64,000 bases of DNA from an uncultured Pelagibacteraceae bacterium. GTDB taxonomy: Bacteria; Pseudomonadota; Alphaproteobacteria; Pelagibacterales; Pelagibacteraceae. Numbering within the stretch: position 1 is the stretch's first letter; every line of letters begins with the position of its first letter. Made by a program: the position numbers and the translations under genes. Below the pieces are notes generated by a model that was not told the origin of the DNA, did not search any database, and saw only the letters and a list, made by a program, of their open reading frames with translations. This document shows positions 18,841-28,589 of the stretch, in pieces. Where the stretch lies: positions 107,614 through 171,613 of the forward strand of contig CACLVA010000001.1 in assembly GCA_902610315.1 (NCBI GenBank), written 5' to 3'.

Positions 18841-20334
18841 ATGAAATTATTTATTATACTTGGAAATCAATTATTTCCATTAAAATACCTAAACCGCTTC
18901 AAAAAAGACCATCTTTTTTTTATGGCAGAAGATAACGGTTTATGCACCTATGAAAAACATCACAAACTTAAAATCCTTTTGTTTCTTTCATCAATGAGAT
19001 CATTTTATGAAAATTTAAAAAAAAATAGCTTTAAAATTACTTATTTTAAAATTGAGGATTCAACTTTTAAAGATGATTATCTTTTAAAAATAAAAAAAAT
19101 TTCAAAAAAGAATAAAATCAATGAAATTTCGTGTTTTGAAATTGAAGACAAACCATTTGAAAAAAAAATTATAGATTTTTCAAAGAAAAATAAAATAAAG
19201 CTCAATATAATTACATCTCCGATGTTTCTTAATACTAGAGATGATTTTAAAAAATATTTATCTAAATCAAAAAAACCATTCATGGCAGTTTTTTATAAAG
19301 AAACGAGAAGAAAAATGAACATCTTAATGAATGGCGTAGATCCTGTTGGTGGTAAATGGAGCTTTGATGAAGATAATAGAAAGAAACTGCCTAAAGGAAC
19401 TAAAGTTCCCTCATTTCCTAAAATCAATCAAACAGTTCACACAAAAAAACTGAAAAGTATTATAGAAAAAAAATTTGCAACACACCCTGGTTCAACAGAA
19501 AATTTTTGGTTTGCGACTGAATATAAAGAAGTTCTAAAATTATTAGATTTTTTTATAAAAGAAAAATCTAATTTATTTGGAGATTATGAGGACGCTGTTG
19601 ATCAAAATAATAATATATTATTCCATAGTGCTCTTAGCCCCTACATAAATTTGGGTTTAATAACTCCAGAAATAATTATAGAGAAAATTTTAGATAGTCA
19701 TAAAAGGAAAAAGATTAGAATAAATTCTTTAGAGGGTTATATAAGACAAGTAATTGGCTGGAGAGAATTTATGAGAGGAATTTATCAAAATTTTTATAAC
19801 AGATTAGAAACTGGTAATTTTTTTAAACATAATCGTAAAATGAAACCTACTTGGTACAAAGGAAACACAGGTCTTCCACCTCTGGATTATGCGATCAAAA
19901 ATGCAAATGATCACGGTTGGTCACACCATATAGAAAGATTAATGATTTTATCAAATATTATGAATTTATGTGAGATTAAACCAATATATGTTTACAAATG
20001 GTTTATGGAAATGTTTGTTGATTCATCTGATTGGGTAATGTCTCCAAACGTTTATGGAATGGGATTATTTAGTGATGGAGGAATTTTTGCCACCAAACCT
20101 TACATTTGTGGATCAAGTTATTTTCTTAAAATGATGGATTTTAAAAAAGGTGAATGGTGCAATATTATGGATGGTCTTTACTGGAGATTTATAAATAAGA
20201 ATAGATCCTTTTTTTTAAAAAATCCAAGATTATCAATGATGGTAAGAATATATGACAAGATGAATGCCCAAAGAAAAAAAGTTATTCTAGCTGCAGCAGA
20301 TAAATTTATAAAGGAAAATACTAATGCCAGTTAA
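18841..20334 (+). CDS. Bacterial (6-4) photolyase/cryptochrome (PhrB/CryB class), lacking Fe-S cysteines
   Basis: LGNQL, HHKLKI, GGKWSFDEDNR, FGDYEDA, RQVIGWREF, HHIERLM, KPY. Confidence 0.88.
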   Translation: MKLFIILGNQLFPLKYLNRFKKDHLFFMAEDNGLCTYEKHHKLKILLFLSSMRSFYENLKKNSFKITYFKIEDSTFKDDYLLKIKKISKKNKINEISCFEIEDKPFEKKIIDFSKKNKIKLNIITSPMFLNTRDDFKKYLSKSKKPFMAVFYKETRRKMNILMNGVDPVGGKWSFDEDNRKKLPKGTKVPSFPKINQTVHTKKLKSIIEKKFATHPGSTENFWFATEYKEVLKLLDFFIKEKSNLFGDYEDAVDQNNNILFHSALSPYINLGLITPEIIIEKILDSHKRKKIRINSLEGYIRQVIGWREFMRGIYQNFYNRLETGNFFKHNRKMKPTWYKGNTGLPPLDYAIKNANDHGWSHHIERLMILSNIMNLCEIKPIYVYKWFMEMFVDSSDWVMSPNVYGMGLFSDGGIFATKPYICGSSYFLKMMDFKKGEWCNIMDGLYWRFINKNRSFFLKNPRLSMMVRIYDKMNAQRKKVILAAADKFIKENTNAS

Positions 20335-20695
20335 AGTTTTTTTTAATAACTCTTGTAATATTTGTAAACTAGAAATTGATCACTACAAAAAAAATTCTGA
20401 TGAGAATTTAGAATGGGTTGATATTACAAACAATCAACAAGCAGTTGACTTAACATCAAAATCTAAGGAAGAACTTCTAAGGAGATTGCATGTGATTGAC
20501 AATGGACAAGTTATTGGAGGAGCTAAAGCATTTATAATTATCTGGTCAAAAATACCAAAATATAATTTTTTAGCAAAAATTTTGAGTTTTAAACCTTTTT
20601 TTATCTTATTTCATTACGCTTATGAATTTGTAGCTTATTTTTTATTTTTAAAAAACAAACACCAACTTAATGAAAAAACAAAACCTACCAACTAA
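20324..20695 (+). CDS. DCC1/DUF393 thiol-disulfide oxidoreductase
   Basis: FFNNSCNIC (CxxC), RRLHV, GAKAF; overlaps the photolyase stop. Confidence 0.85.
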   Translation: MPVKVFFNNSCNICKLEIDHYKKNSDENLEWVDITNNQQAVDLTSKSKEELLRRLHVIDNGQVIGGAKAFIIIWSKIPKYNFLAKILSFKPFFILFHYAYEFVAYFLFLKNKHQLNEKTKPTN

Positions 20696-20798
20696 GTTGT
20701 GCCCAGTTTGTGAAAGGCCCTTTAAATGGAGAAAAAAATGGAAGCTGAACTGGGACAAAGTTAAATATTGCTCTAAAAGATGTTCATCAAAAAGGTAA
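20670..20798 (+). CDS. DUF2256 small Cys4 protein, 42 aa (not in the ORF track)
   Basis: Manual translation [42 protein letters not shown] matches the DUF2256 pattern; overlaps both neighbours. Confidence 0.9.
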   Translation: MKKQNLPTKLCPVCERPFKWRKKWKLNWDKVKYCSKRCSSKR

Positions 20799-22225
20799 AT
20801 TATTTATATAAATTTTTGATTATTTTTTCTTTAATATTAACAACTAACAGTTCTCGTGCAGAATTTTTTAAAGATATTTCAAATATTATAACGATTAATG
20901 AAAGCAGGCTTAGTTATGGGGTTTCGGTTACGGATATTAATGCAGATGGAAATAATGAGTTTATAGTCACAGGTTTTGGTTATCCAAACTTAGCTTTAGG
21001 TTACATTGATGGAAAATTAAAAAACATAATCCAAGAGGACGTTTTTTTAGATCGAGATAGAAAAACTATTGGTGTTGCAGCTTGTGATATAGATAAAGAT
21101 GGTTTTGAGGAAATTTATTTTTTAAATACAGACACCTATAGTGGAACAAAAAAATACTCTGATAGAATAATCGATAAAAGTAACAATAATTATTTTGACT
21201 TATTTGAGTTAAAAAAAAATATAGAAAATTTAAACTTAACAGCAGGTAGATCTGTAGTTTGTGTTGATAGAAAGGGTGATGGTGAATACGGTATCTATGT
21301 AGCTAATTATGGAGGACCAACTAGATTCTATGAAATTGAAAATAACACAATAACAGATAAAGCAAAAACCTTAAATTTGGATAAAGTTACTGGTGGAAGA
21401 GCAGTAGTATCAGGACATATATTAACAGATAGAGCTGACATATTTGCAGCAAATGAAAGAGGCGCTAACTTTCTTTTAAAAAATAATGATGGTAAATTTG
21501 AGGATGTTGCATTTGATTACAGAGTTGATGATGTAATACAGAATGGAAGGGGAACTGCATTATCTGATATCTATTATAGAGGAAGATTAGATATTTTAAG
21601 TGGTAATTGGAACGGATATCATAGAGCATACGTTTTAGAAAATAACGAATTTAAGGACATAGGAAACAAAGCTTTCGATAGACCATCTAGAATAAGAACA
21701 ATTATCTCCGCTGATTTTGACAACGACGGTTTTGATGAAGTTTTTATGAACAATATCGCAGAACCAAACAAATTATTAAGAATAAATGAAAATGGAAAAT
21801 TTGAGGAAATAAAATTAAAAACGGCACTTGAGATTGAGGGATATGGTACTGGAGCAGCGGTAGCAGATATTGATAATGATGGGATTTTAGAATTATTGAT
21901 TTCTCACGGGGAGAGTGAAGCACAACCTTTGACATTGTATAAAGCAAAAGTAGAAAAAAATAGTAAATATTTGAGGATAAAGCCCATCAATAAATTTGGA
22001 GCACCTGCTAGGGGAGCAACTGTAACGCTAATGTCTAATCAAAGAAAGCACTCAAAAACAATAGATGCTGGGTCTGGTTATTTATGCCAAATGGAACCTG
22101 TGGCACATTATGGAATTAGAAAAAATGAAAAAGATTTTAAGGTAGAAGTCAAATGGACTAATGGAAAAAAAGTTTTTATAGATAAAATTAAACTTAATCA
22201 AACAATTACAATAAAACAAAAATGA
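20780..22225 (+). CDS. CRTAC1-family exported FG-GAP beta-propeller with ASPIC/UnbV domain
   Basis: Signal peptide; [57 protein letters not shown]. Confidence 0.88.
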   Translation: MFIKKVNYLYKFLIIFSLILTTNSSRAEFFKDISNIITINESRLSYGVSVTDINADGNNEFIVTGFGYPNLALGYIDGKLKNIIQEDVFLDRDRKTIGVAACDIDKDGFEEIYFLNTDTYSGTKKYSDRIIDKSNNNYFDLFELKKNIENLNLTAGRSVVCVDRKGDGEYGIYVANYGGPTRFYEIENNTITDKAKTLNLDKVTGGRAVVSGHILTDRADIFAANERGANFLLKNNDGKFEDVAFDYRVDDVIQNGRGTALSDIYYRGRLDILSGNWNGYHRAYVLENNEFKDIGNKAFDRPSRIRTIISADFDNDGFDEVFMNNIAEPNKLLRINENGKFEEIKLKTALEIEGYGTGAAVADIDNDGILELLISHGESEAQPLTLYKAKVEKNSKYLRIKPINKFGAPARGATVTLMSNQRKHSKTIDAGSGYLCQMEPVAHYGIRKNEKDFKVEVKWTNGKKVFIDKIKLNQTITIKQK

Positions 22226-22911
22226 AAAATATTTTACTAAAATTTTTTTTAATTTTTGCAGTTTTTTTTCCAGTCGAATTAGTTGCGGAGGAAAAAAATT
22301 ACCACAAAGAATTAATAACTGACTGGTCTAGGATATTTCCTGACAAAAACAGAAATGCTGCCGGACCTAAATTTTTTAAATATATCATAGATAAAAAAAT
22401 TACTTATAAAGATTTTATTGAGTTTAATAAATTATATTGCGCTGTTTCCGGATCATTAATTGATCCGGAAAGCGATTCAGAGTTTCTGTTTGTAAAAGAA
22501 AGTAAAACAAAAAAAAAAATTTGCGGTAACTATTATAGGTGCTGTGTGCCTTGTTCTTGCGATATCATGAAATATTCAGAAGTTCAAAAAATGAAATATA
22601 AATTTATAGATGGCTTGAGAGAATTTTACGTCATAACAATTAAAAACCCTTGCAACAAAAATGATTTTCCAAATCGAGTAAATAAAGAATATTTTTGTGA
22701 TGGCAAAAAAATCAATAGCGATCAAGTTTATAATCTAAATAATAGAATAGTTATAGGATTATTACATAATGGAAGAACATGTAAAAATGATGATATTGAT
22801 TTAGTCAAAAATCATCAAATTACTGGCCGGTACTGTGAATTAAGAAATAATACACCCCTAGAGGAACTAGATGCTGGTATGGGTGACATTTTCATAAAAC
22901 TTGCAAGATAA
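22222..22911 (+). CDS. Exported cysteine-rich hypothetical protein (10 Cys)
   Basis: Signal peptide; CGNYYRCCVPCSC cluster; ATGA overlap with the CRTAC1-like gene. Confidence 0.75.
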   Translation: MKNILLKFFLIFAVFFPVELVAEEKNYHKELITDWSRIFPDKNRNAAGPKFFKYIIDKKITYKDFIEFNKLYCAVSGSLIDPESDSEFLFVKESKTKKKICGNYYRCCVPCSCDIMKYSEVQKMKYKFIDGLREFYVITIKNPCNKNDFPNRVNKEYFCDGKKINSDQVYNLNNRIVIGLLHNGRTCKNDDIDLVKNHQITGRYCELRNNTPLEELDAGMGDIFIKLAR

Positions 22912-22924
22912 AAGTTAACAAAAA

Positions 22925-24067
22925 TTAAGTAAAGGTTGAAATAATTTTGGGAATATAATTTTTAAAATTAAAAAAACCTTTATTGCAATATTGCCAAGAA
23001 TATTGATCAAGTTTTCTATATAGAAAATTTATTTTTAAATTATTTAAATTAAGATAATCGAGGTTTTCCCCAACAGTTGGATACAATCCGATATTTTTTT
23101 CATCAATTTTTTTAATTTGGCTTATATCAATTATTTCGCAATCAATTGATTGGTCTTTTAATCTTTTTTCTTGATCTTCAAATAGAAGGTACTTAAATTT
23201 TGATACTTTTTCATTGAGTTTGATTGATCTGTTTTCATTTTTGTTAGAGACTAAATATATTTTTTTAAATTTACTATTTTTAAAGTCTGTGAATTCGAAA
23301 GAGAGATTATTATCAAAAATAAGTAAATTAGTTGGTTCAATATTTTCAGAATTTTTAAAATCTTGTTTTATTATTGAATAAGTTTTTTCAGAAATTTTTG
23401 GAGGAGCATTTTCATTTAATTTAACATTTTTAAATCTGTAGTTCGTGAATTTTTTAATATTCCATTCACTTGCTAGATAATGTTTTCCTTGTGTTTGAAC
23501 TCCTGCAACCCATCTCCATCCAAGAGTATTTGATGCAGCATCTCCATCAAAAAGGTGTTGCATAAAAAATTCAGCACCAAGTTGCCAAGGTAAATCAAGT
23601 GTAAAAATCCAAATACTAGCAAACCACATTCTAGTGTGATTGTGGAGGTAGTTATTATTTTTTAACTCATCTACCCATTCATTAAAACAATCAATATTTG
23701 TTTTACCTTCTATTGCATTTTGATAATTTTTGTCATCTTTATATTTTTCTTTAATATTTCTTAAATCAATTAAATAGTCACTCCAAACATTAGGTCTTAA
23801 CTCTAACCATCCTTTCCAGTAAGTTCTCCAAAGTACTTCCTGTATAAACTTTTCATTTTTTGAAAAAGAAAACTTCTCAAGTGATTTTTTTATAATTTCA
23901 ATTTCATTAAGAACGCCATGTGTAACATAAGGTGATAAACACGATACATTATCTCGTTTATCAGGGCCAAAATCAAAATTTCTCAGCTTTGAATAATCAG
24001 AAAGATTTTTCTCAACAAAATGATTTAATCTATCTATAGCTTTCGCTCTTGAGGCTTCAAAATTCAT
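22925..24067 (-). CDS. Short photolyase with N-terminal FAD domain (NewPHL-like)
   Basis: Starts directly with the FAD domain (SCLSPY, FIQEVLWRTYW, LHNHTRMWFAS, DGDAASN..GWRWVAG), then a short C-terminal alpha/beta-like region. Confidence 0.82.
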   Translation of the reverse strand: MNFEASRAKAIDRLNHFVEKNLSDYSKLRNFDFGPDKRDNVSCLSPYVTHGVLNEIEIIKKSLEKFSFSKNEKFIQEVLWRTYWKGWLELRPNVWSDYLIDLRNIKEKYKDDKNYQNAIEGKTNIDCFNEWVDELKNNNYLHNHTRMWFASIWIFTLDLPWQLGAEFFMQHLFDGDAASNTLGWRWVAGVQTQGKHYLASEWNIKKFTNYRFKNVKLNENAPPKISEKTYSIIKQDFKNSENIEPTNLLIFDNNLSFEFTDFKNSKFKKIYLVSNKNENRSIKLNEKVSKFKYLLFEDQEKRLKDQSIDCEIIDISQIKKIDEKNIGLYPTVGENLDYLNLNNLKINFLYRKLDQYSWQYCNKGFFNFKNYIPKIISTFT

Positions 24068-24073
24068 ATTTCT

Positions 24074-25249
24074 TTATTTTAATTTTTTTTTGTGGAAATT
24101 GATAAATCTTTCAACATTGGATTTATTAAAAGTTTTATTTTCTTCAAAAGAAACTTTTTTCATTGAATAAGCACTACTAGTAGTCATTCTTGACTGAATT
24201 GAAACATTTCCTTTATAAAGTTTTAACTTAATATTTCCATTTACCTTGTTTCTTTTTAGATCCACAATTTTTTGTAATTTGAATCTTTCTTTTGAAAACC
24301 AGTAACCATTGTAAATTAATTCTGCATATCTTGGCATTATCGAATCTTTTTTATGCATAGTTTCCTTATCTAGTGTTACAGACTCCATTGCTCTATGAGC
24401 AATTAAAAGCAATGTTCCTCCAGGAGTTTCATAAACCCCTCTTGATTTAATTCCGATAAATCTGTTTTCAACTAGATCAACTCTTCCAACTCCATTTTTT
24501 CCACCGAGATGATTTAGTTTTTCTAAAATTTTTTCTGGAGTTAACTTCTTCCCATTAATACTAATTGGATCACTGTTTTTAAATCCAATTGTAACATAAG
24601 TAGGTTTATTAGGTGCTTTTTCAGGCGAAATTGTTCTTTGAAATATAAATTCAGGAGCCGAATTTTTTGGATTTTCTAAAACTTTACCCTCGGTTGATGT
24701 ATGAAATAAGTTTTCATCTACTGAAAATGGTGGTGCTCCTTTTTTGTCCTTTGGAATTGAAATGTTATGTTTTATTGCATATTTGATTAAATCAGTTCTT
24801 GATTTTAATTTCCAAATTCTCCACGGTGCTATAATCTTTATTTTTGGACCAAAGTAATGATATCCTAATTCAAATCTTACTTGATCATTTCCTTTACCGG
24901 TCGCACCATGCGAAACTGCAAATGCTTTGAATTTTTTTGCAACTTGAATTTGATCTTTTGCAATTAATGGTCTGGCAATAGATGTACCTAGCAAATAAAC
25001 TCCCTCATAAATCGCATGACCTCTAATCATTGGAAATACGTAATCTTTTACAAAAATATTTTTAAGATTTTTAATTATTATTTTTTTAACACCTAGTTTT
25101 TTTGCGTTTCTAATAATCTTTTTTTTATCCATTTCCTGGCCAATATTAGCTGTATAAGCAATCACCTCAGCTTTATAATTTTCTTGTAACCATTTAAGAA
25201 TAATAGATGTGTCTAAACCACCAGAGTAAGCTAAAACTATTTTTTTCAT
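24074..25249 (-). CDS. argG: Argininosuccinate synthase
   Basis: LAYSGGLDTS, HGATGKGNDQVRFE, ENRFIGIKSRGVYETPG. Confidence 0.97.
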   Translation of the reverse strand: MKKIVLAYSGGLDTSIILKWLQENYKAEVIAYTANIGQEMDKKKIIRNAKKLGVKKIIIKNLKNIFVKDYVFPMIRGHAIYEGVYLLGTSIARPLIAKDQIQVAKKFKAFAVSHGATGKGNDQVRFELGYHYFGPKIKIIAPWRIWKLKSRTDLIKYAIKHNISIPKDKKGAPPFSVDENLFHTSTEGKVLENPKNSAPEFIFQRTISPEKAPNKPTYVTIGFKNSDPISINGKKLTPEKILEKLNHLGGKNGVGRVDLVENRFIGIKSRGVYETPGGTLLLIAHRAMESVTLDKETMHKKDSIMPRYAELIYNGYWFSKERFKLQKIVDLKRNKVNGNIKLKLYKGNVSIQSRMTTSSAYSMKKVSFEENKTFNKSNVERFINFHKKKLK

Positions 25250-25270
25250 TAGGACGTTATTTGGTGTTCA

Positions 25271-25777
25271 TTAGCTACAATTTTTTTTTGCGCTATTGTA
25301 TGCTTTTGTAAAACCCATCAGTGAGTAGTGATCAATTGTTTGAGAACCAGATTTGTTATAACCTGTGATCATTATTCGTGATCCTTTTTTCATTACATTA
25401 ATCATTTTTTTTTCAACTTTATTGTTAGCGATCCAAGCAAAATTATCTTTGGATATATCGAACTTAATTTTATTTTTACCTGATTTCGCTAGTATTGTAT
25501 TTTGCACATTGTACTCGTACCCTGAAGTAATACTTACCTCGTCTGAAATTTTTTCAGAAGGTCTAAAACTTATAAAAAGTCTTGCTTCTCTCACATTATT
25601 TTTTGGAGATTGCAAAACTGGCTTAGACTGAGCAAAACATAATTTTGCAGTTTCATCTGTCACAACTATTGTTTCCCAATCTTTAAATTTACCAATTTTT
25701 TTTATTTCTTGTGCATTCGATGAGGCAAAACCCAGAATAAGAATTAATAGAATAATTGTTTTTTTAATTATGGACAT
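25271..25777 (-). CDS. IalB (invasion-associated locus B) family periplasmic protein
   Basis: Signal peptide, FKDW, CFA.S.P, MKKG, D.YSLMGFTKA. Confidence 0.78.
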   Translation of the reverse strand: MSIIKKTIILLILILGFASSNAQEIKKIGKFKDWETIVVTDETAKLCFAQSKPVLQSPKNNVREARLFISFRPSEKISDEVSITSGYEYNVQNTILAKSGKNKIKFDISKDNFAWIANNKVEKKMINVMKKGSRIMITGYNKSGSQTIDHYSLMGFTKAYNSAKKNCS

Positions 25778-26805
25778 GGATTTGGATACAGTTTTTGTAC
25801 TTCATTAATTTCATCAATTATCTCGTTATTAAGATTTATATTTACACTTTCTATATCAGTTTTCAACTGCTCCATAGTTGTTGCGCCGATTATTACACTG
25901 GTTATGAACGGCTGTAATTCGCAAAATTTTAAACTCATTTGGGATAAATCCAAATTGTACTTTTTTGAAATATCGAAGTATTTTTCTATGGCTAATTGGC
26001 CATTTTCAGTTTTATATCTTGAAAATTTGTCTCCAAATAAGTGCATCCTAGAATTTTTTGGCAATTCTCCATTTCTATATTTCCCAGTTAAATAACCAAA
26101 CGCAAGGGGTGAATAAGCTAAAAGACCACTTCTTTCTCTTACTGAAATTTCCGCTAATCCTACTTCATAAGATCTATTCAAAAGACTATAAGGATTTTGA
26201 ACAGACATCATTCGAGGAAGTTTCTTTAACTTTGAAATTTCTAAAAATTTTGACAATCCCCATGCTGTTTCATTTGAAAGGCCGATATATCTAATTTTAC
26301 CGCTTTTAATTATTTTATCTAAAGAGTTAAGAATATCTTCAAATTTATTCCAATCATTATCATCTTTATGTTCATAACCTAGTCTTCCAAAAAAATTTGT
26401 TTTTCTTTCAGGCCAATGTAATTGATATAAGTCGATATAATCAGTTTTTAATCTTTTAAGGCTATTATCAACAGCTTCATTTAAATTTTTTTCATCATAT
26501 TGATTTCCGCCGCCTCTAATCCAACCTGGTCCAGGACCAGATACTTTAGTTGCAAGTACTATCCTGTTTCTTTTTTTTGTTTTCGTAAACCAATTACCTA
26601 TTATTTCCTCTGTTTTGCCGTAAGTGCTTTCTTTAGGAGGTATTGCGTATATTTCAGCAGTATCCCAAAAATTTACATTTTGTTCAAAAGCATAATCCAT
26701 TTGCTCAAATGCATCTTTTTCCGAATTTTGCTCCCCCCACGTCATAGTACCGAGACAAATTGTACTAACGTCTATATCTGTATTACCTAGTTTTTTAAAA
26801 TTCAT
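25768..26805 (-). CDS. NADPH aldo/keto reductase (Tas-like)
   Basis: LGTMTWGEQN, DTAEIY, DLYQLHWP, GLSNET, LLAYSPL. Confidence 0.92.
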   Translation of the reverse strand: MNFKKLGNTDIDVSTICLGTMTWGEQNSEKDAFEQMDYAFEQNVNFWDTAEIYAIPPKESTYGKTEEIIGNWFTKTKKRNRIVLATKVSGPGPGWIRGGGNQYDEKNLNEAVDNSLKRLKTDYIDLYQLHWPERKTNFFGRLGYEHKDDNDWNKFEDILNSLDKIIKSGKIRYIGLSNETAWGLSKFLEISKLKKLPRMMSVQNPYSLLNRSYEVGLAEISVRERSGLLAYSPLAFGYLTGKYRNGELPKNSRMHLFGDKFSRYKTENGQLAIEKYFDISKKYNLDLSQMSLKFCELQPFITSVIIGATTMEQLKTDIESVNINLNNEIIDEINEVQKLYPNPCP

Positions 26806-26872
26806 AAATTTTTTAATAATCTCAGTCAGTTTTGACCATTGAATATAAGTTTAAAATAATTATATTATACTT

Positions 26873-27628
26873 ATGGATTTTAATAGACAAAACATTTTTG
26901 AAGCAACAAGTGTTAAAAAGAACGTAGTTTGGGATGCAGGTTTAAGATCTTACATGTTGAAGGTCTATAACTACATGGCAACTGGAGTTCTTTTGACAGG
27001 TATAATTTCACTTTTATCATTTAAAATGTCAGTAGTTACAGACAGTACTGGTATGATCACAGGGCTTACAAGTTTTGGGAATGCTATATTTAATTCAGGT
27101 TTGAAATGGTTAATTATGCTAGCTCCACTTGGTATTGTTTTTTATATGAGCTTTGGAATTAATAAAATGAGTTCAGCTAAGGCACAAACTGTATTTTGGA
27201 TATTTGCTTCATTAATGGGATTATCTTTGTCTTGGATACTTTTAGTTTACACAGGAGTAAGTGTAGCAAGAGTATTCTTCATCACCTCAGCAACATTCGG
27301 AGCAATGAGTATTTACGGATATACAACTAAAAGAGATTTAACAAAATTAGGTTCATTTTTAATGATGGGTCTAATTGGAATAATTATCGCTTCATTAGTT
27401 AATATATTTTTAAAATCTGCGATGATGTATTTTGTTGTATCAATATTGGGTGTTCTAATATTTGTAGGTTTGACCGCCTATGACACTCAGAAAATTAAGA
27501 ATATGTATTCGGCAAGTGATACAATTGAAATTTCTGGCAAAAAAGCAATAATGGGAGCTTTAACGCTTTATCTTGATTTCATTAATCTGTTTATAATGTT
27601 ATTAAGACTTTTTGGTCAAAGAAGATAA
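26873..27628 (+). CDS. Bax inhibitor-1/YccA family membrane protein
   Basis: GYTTKRDL, YDTQKIK, GALTLYLDFINLF. Confidence 0.93.
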   Translation: MDFNRQNIFEATSVKKNVVWDAGLRSYMLKVYNYMATGVLLTGIISLLSFKMSVVTDSTGMITGLTSFGNAIFNSGLKWLIMLAPLGIVFYMSFGINKMSSAKAQTVFWIFASLMGLSLSWILLVYTGVSVARVFFITSATFGAMSIYGYTTKRDLTKLGSFLMMGLIGIIIASLVNIFLKSAMMYFVVSILGVLIFVGLTAYDTQKIKNMYSASDTIEISGKKAIMGALTLYLDFINLFIMLLRLFGQRR

Positions 27629-27629
27629 A

Positions 27630-27968
27630 CTAAATTTTTTTCCAATCTATATCTTTTAATAATTTTTCCAAGTTACTAGAATTATTTATTATACGGTTTC
27701 TATTATCTGTAATTAAATATTTAAGATTTTTATTAGAAGGCTTGAAGTTTTTACTAATATTATAAACAGCATTTTCAGCAGCATTCTTAAAAACGCTAAA
27801 ACTTACTCTTTTAGATGAAATTTGAAGACCATAATCTTTCCAAGATCCCTTTGAAACCATTTTAGCATATAAATCCAAAATAATTTTTAATTCTTCTTTT
27901 TCAAAAAAAAGTTTATTCTCTTTTTTTTTGAAAGAATTATCGACTACAAGTTTTAAATCTTTATTCAT
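27630..27968 (-). CDS. DUF2794 family protein
   Basis: F.K.EL..IL.LY..MV..G.WKDY pattern, then FSVF. Confidence 0.82.
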   Translation of the reverse strand: MNKDLKLVVDNSFKKKENKLFFEKEELKIILDLYAKMVSKGSWKDYGLQISSKRVSFSVFKNAAENAVYNISKNFKPSNKNLKYLITDNRNRIINNSSNLEKLLKDIDWKKI

Positions 27969-28512
27969 TTAATTTATATTTATTTATTAAAGGAATTTGA
28001 AATGCTGTGAATATTATTGTAATTGGCAACATTCCCCATACTTTAAAGTTTACCCAAAATTCCTCTGATTGCGTTCTCCAAATAAACTCATTTAATATTG
28101 CTAAAAAAATGAAAAAAAACATCCACCTAGTGTTAAGTTTCCCCCATCCTACATCGTTTAGTGGCATGGTTTTACCTAAAATTTTTTTTAAAATTGGTTC
28201 TTGAGTAAAATATTTTCCAAAGTACAGAGCAAGAGCAAATATTATATTTATTATCGTAGGCTTCATATATATAAAGATGGGGTCTTTGAAATAAATTGTG
28301 AGACCACCAAAAAATGTTATTAATGCTCCACCTAAAAGAGGAACAAAAGGTATTTTTTTTTCTAATATCCAAATTATGAACACAGAAATTATTGTCGCAA
28401 TAATCAAAGGTGGTATAGCTACTTGCAGATTTTTTCCACTTTTATAATAAAAACCAAAAAATATTACTAAAGGCCCGAAATCAGTAATGAATTTTATTAA
28501 AGACTTATTCAC
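27961..28512 (-). CDS. yciB: Intracellular septation protein A (IspZ/YciB)
   Basis: DFGPL, FGGLT, FIYMKPT, WVNFKVWG, AFQIP. Confidence 0.9.
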   Translation of the reverse strand: MNKSLIKFITDFGPLVIFFGFYYKSGKNLQVAIPPLIIATIISVFIIWILEKKIPFVPLLGGALITFFGGLTIYFKDPIFIYMKPTIINIIFALALYFGKYFTQEPILKKILGKTMPLNDVGWGKLNTRWMFFFIFLAILNEFIWRTQSEEFWVNFKVWGMLPITIIFTAFQIPLINKYKLNE

Positions 28513-28589
28513 AGTTTCATCTTACCAGATATGTATAAATTTAATATTTTTTTTATTGATTTTTTTTTAAGAATACACATATTTAAGTA

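Noticed and set aside
28556-28582. Possible RpoH promoter upstream of hspQ (TTGA...CATAT)
   Set aside because: The match is weak and not distinguishable from AT-rich background without TSS data.
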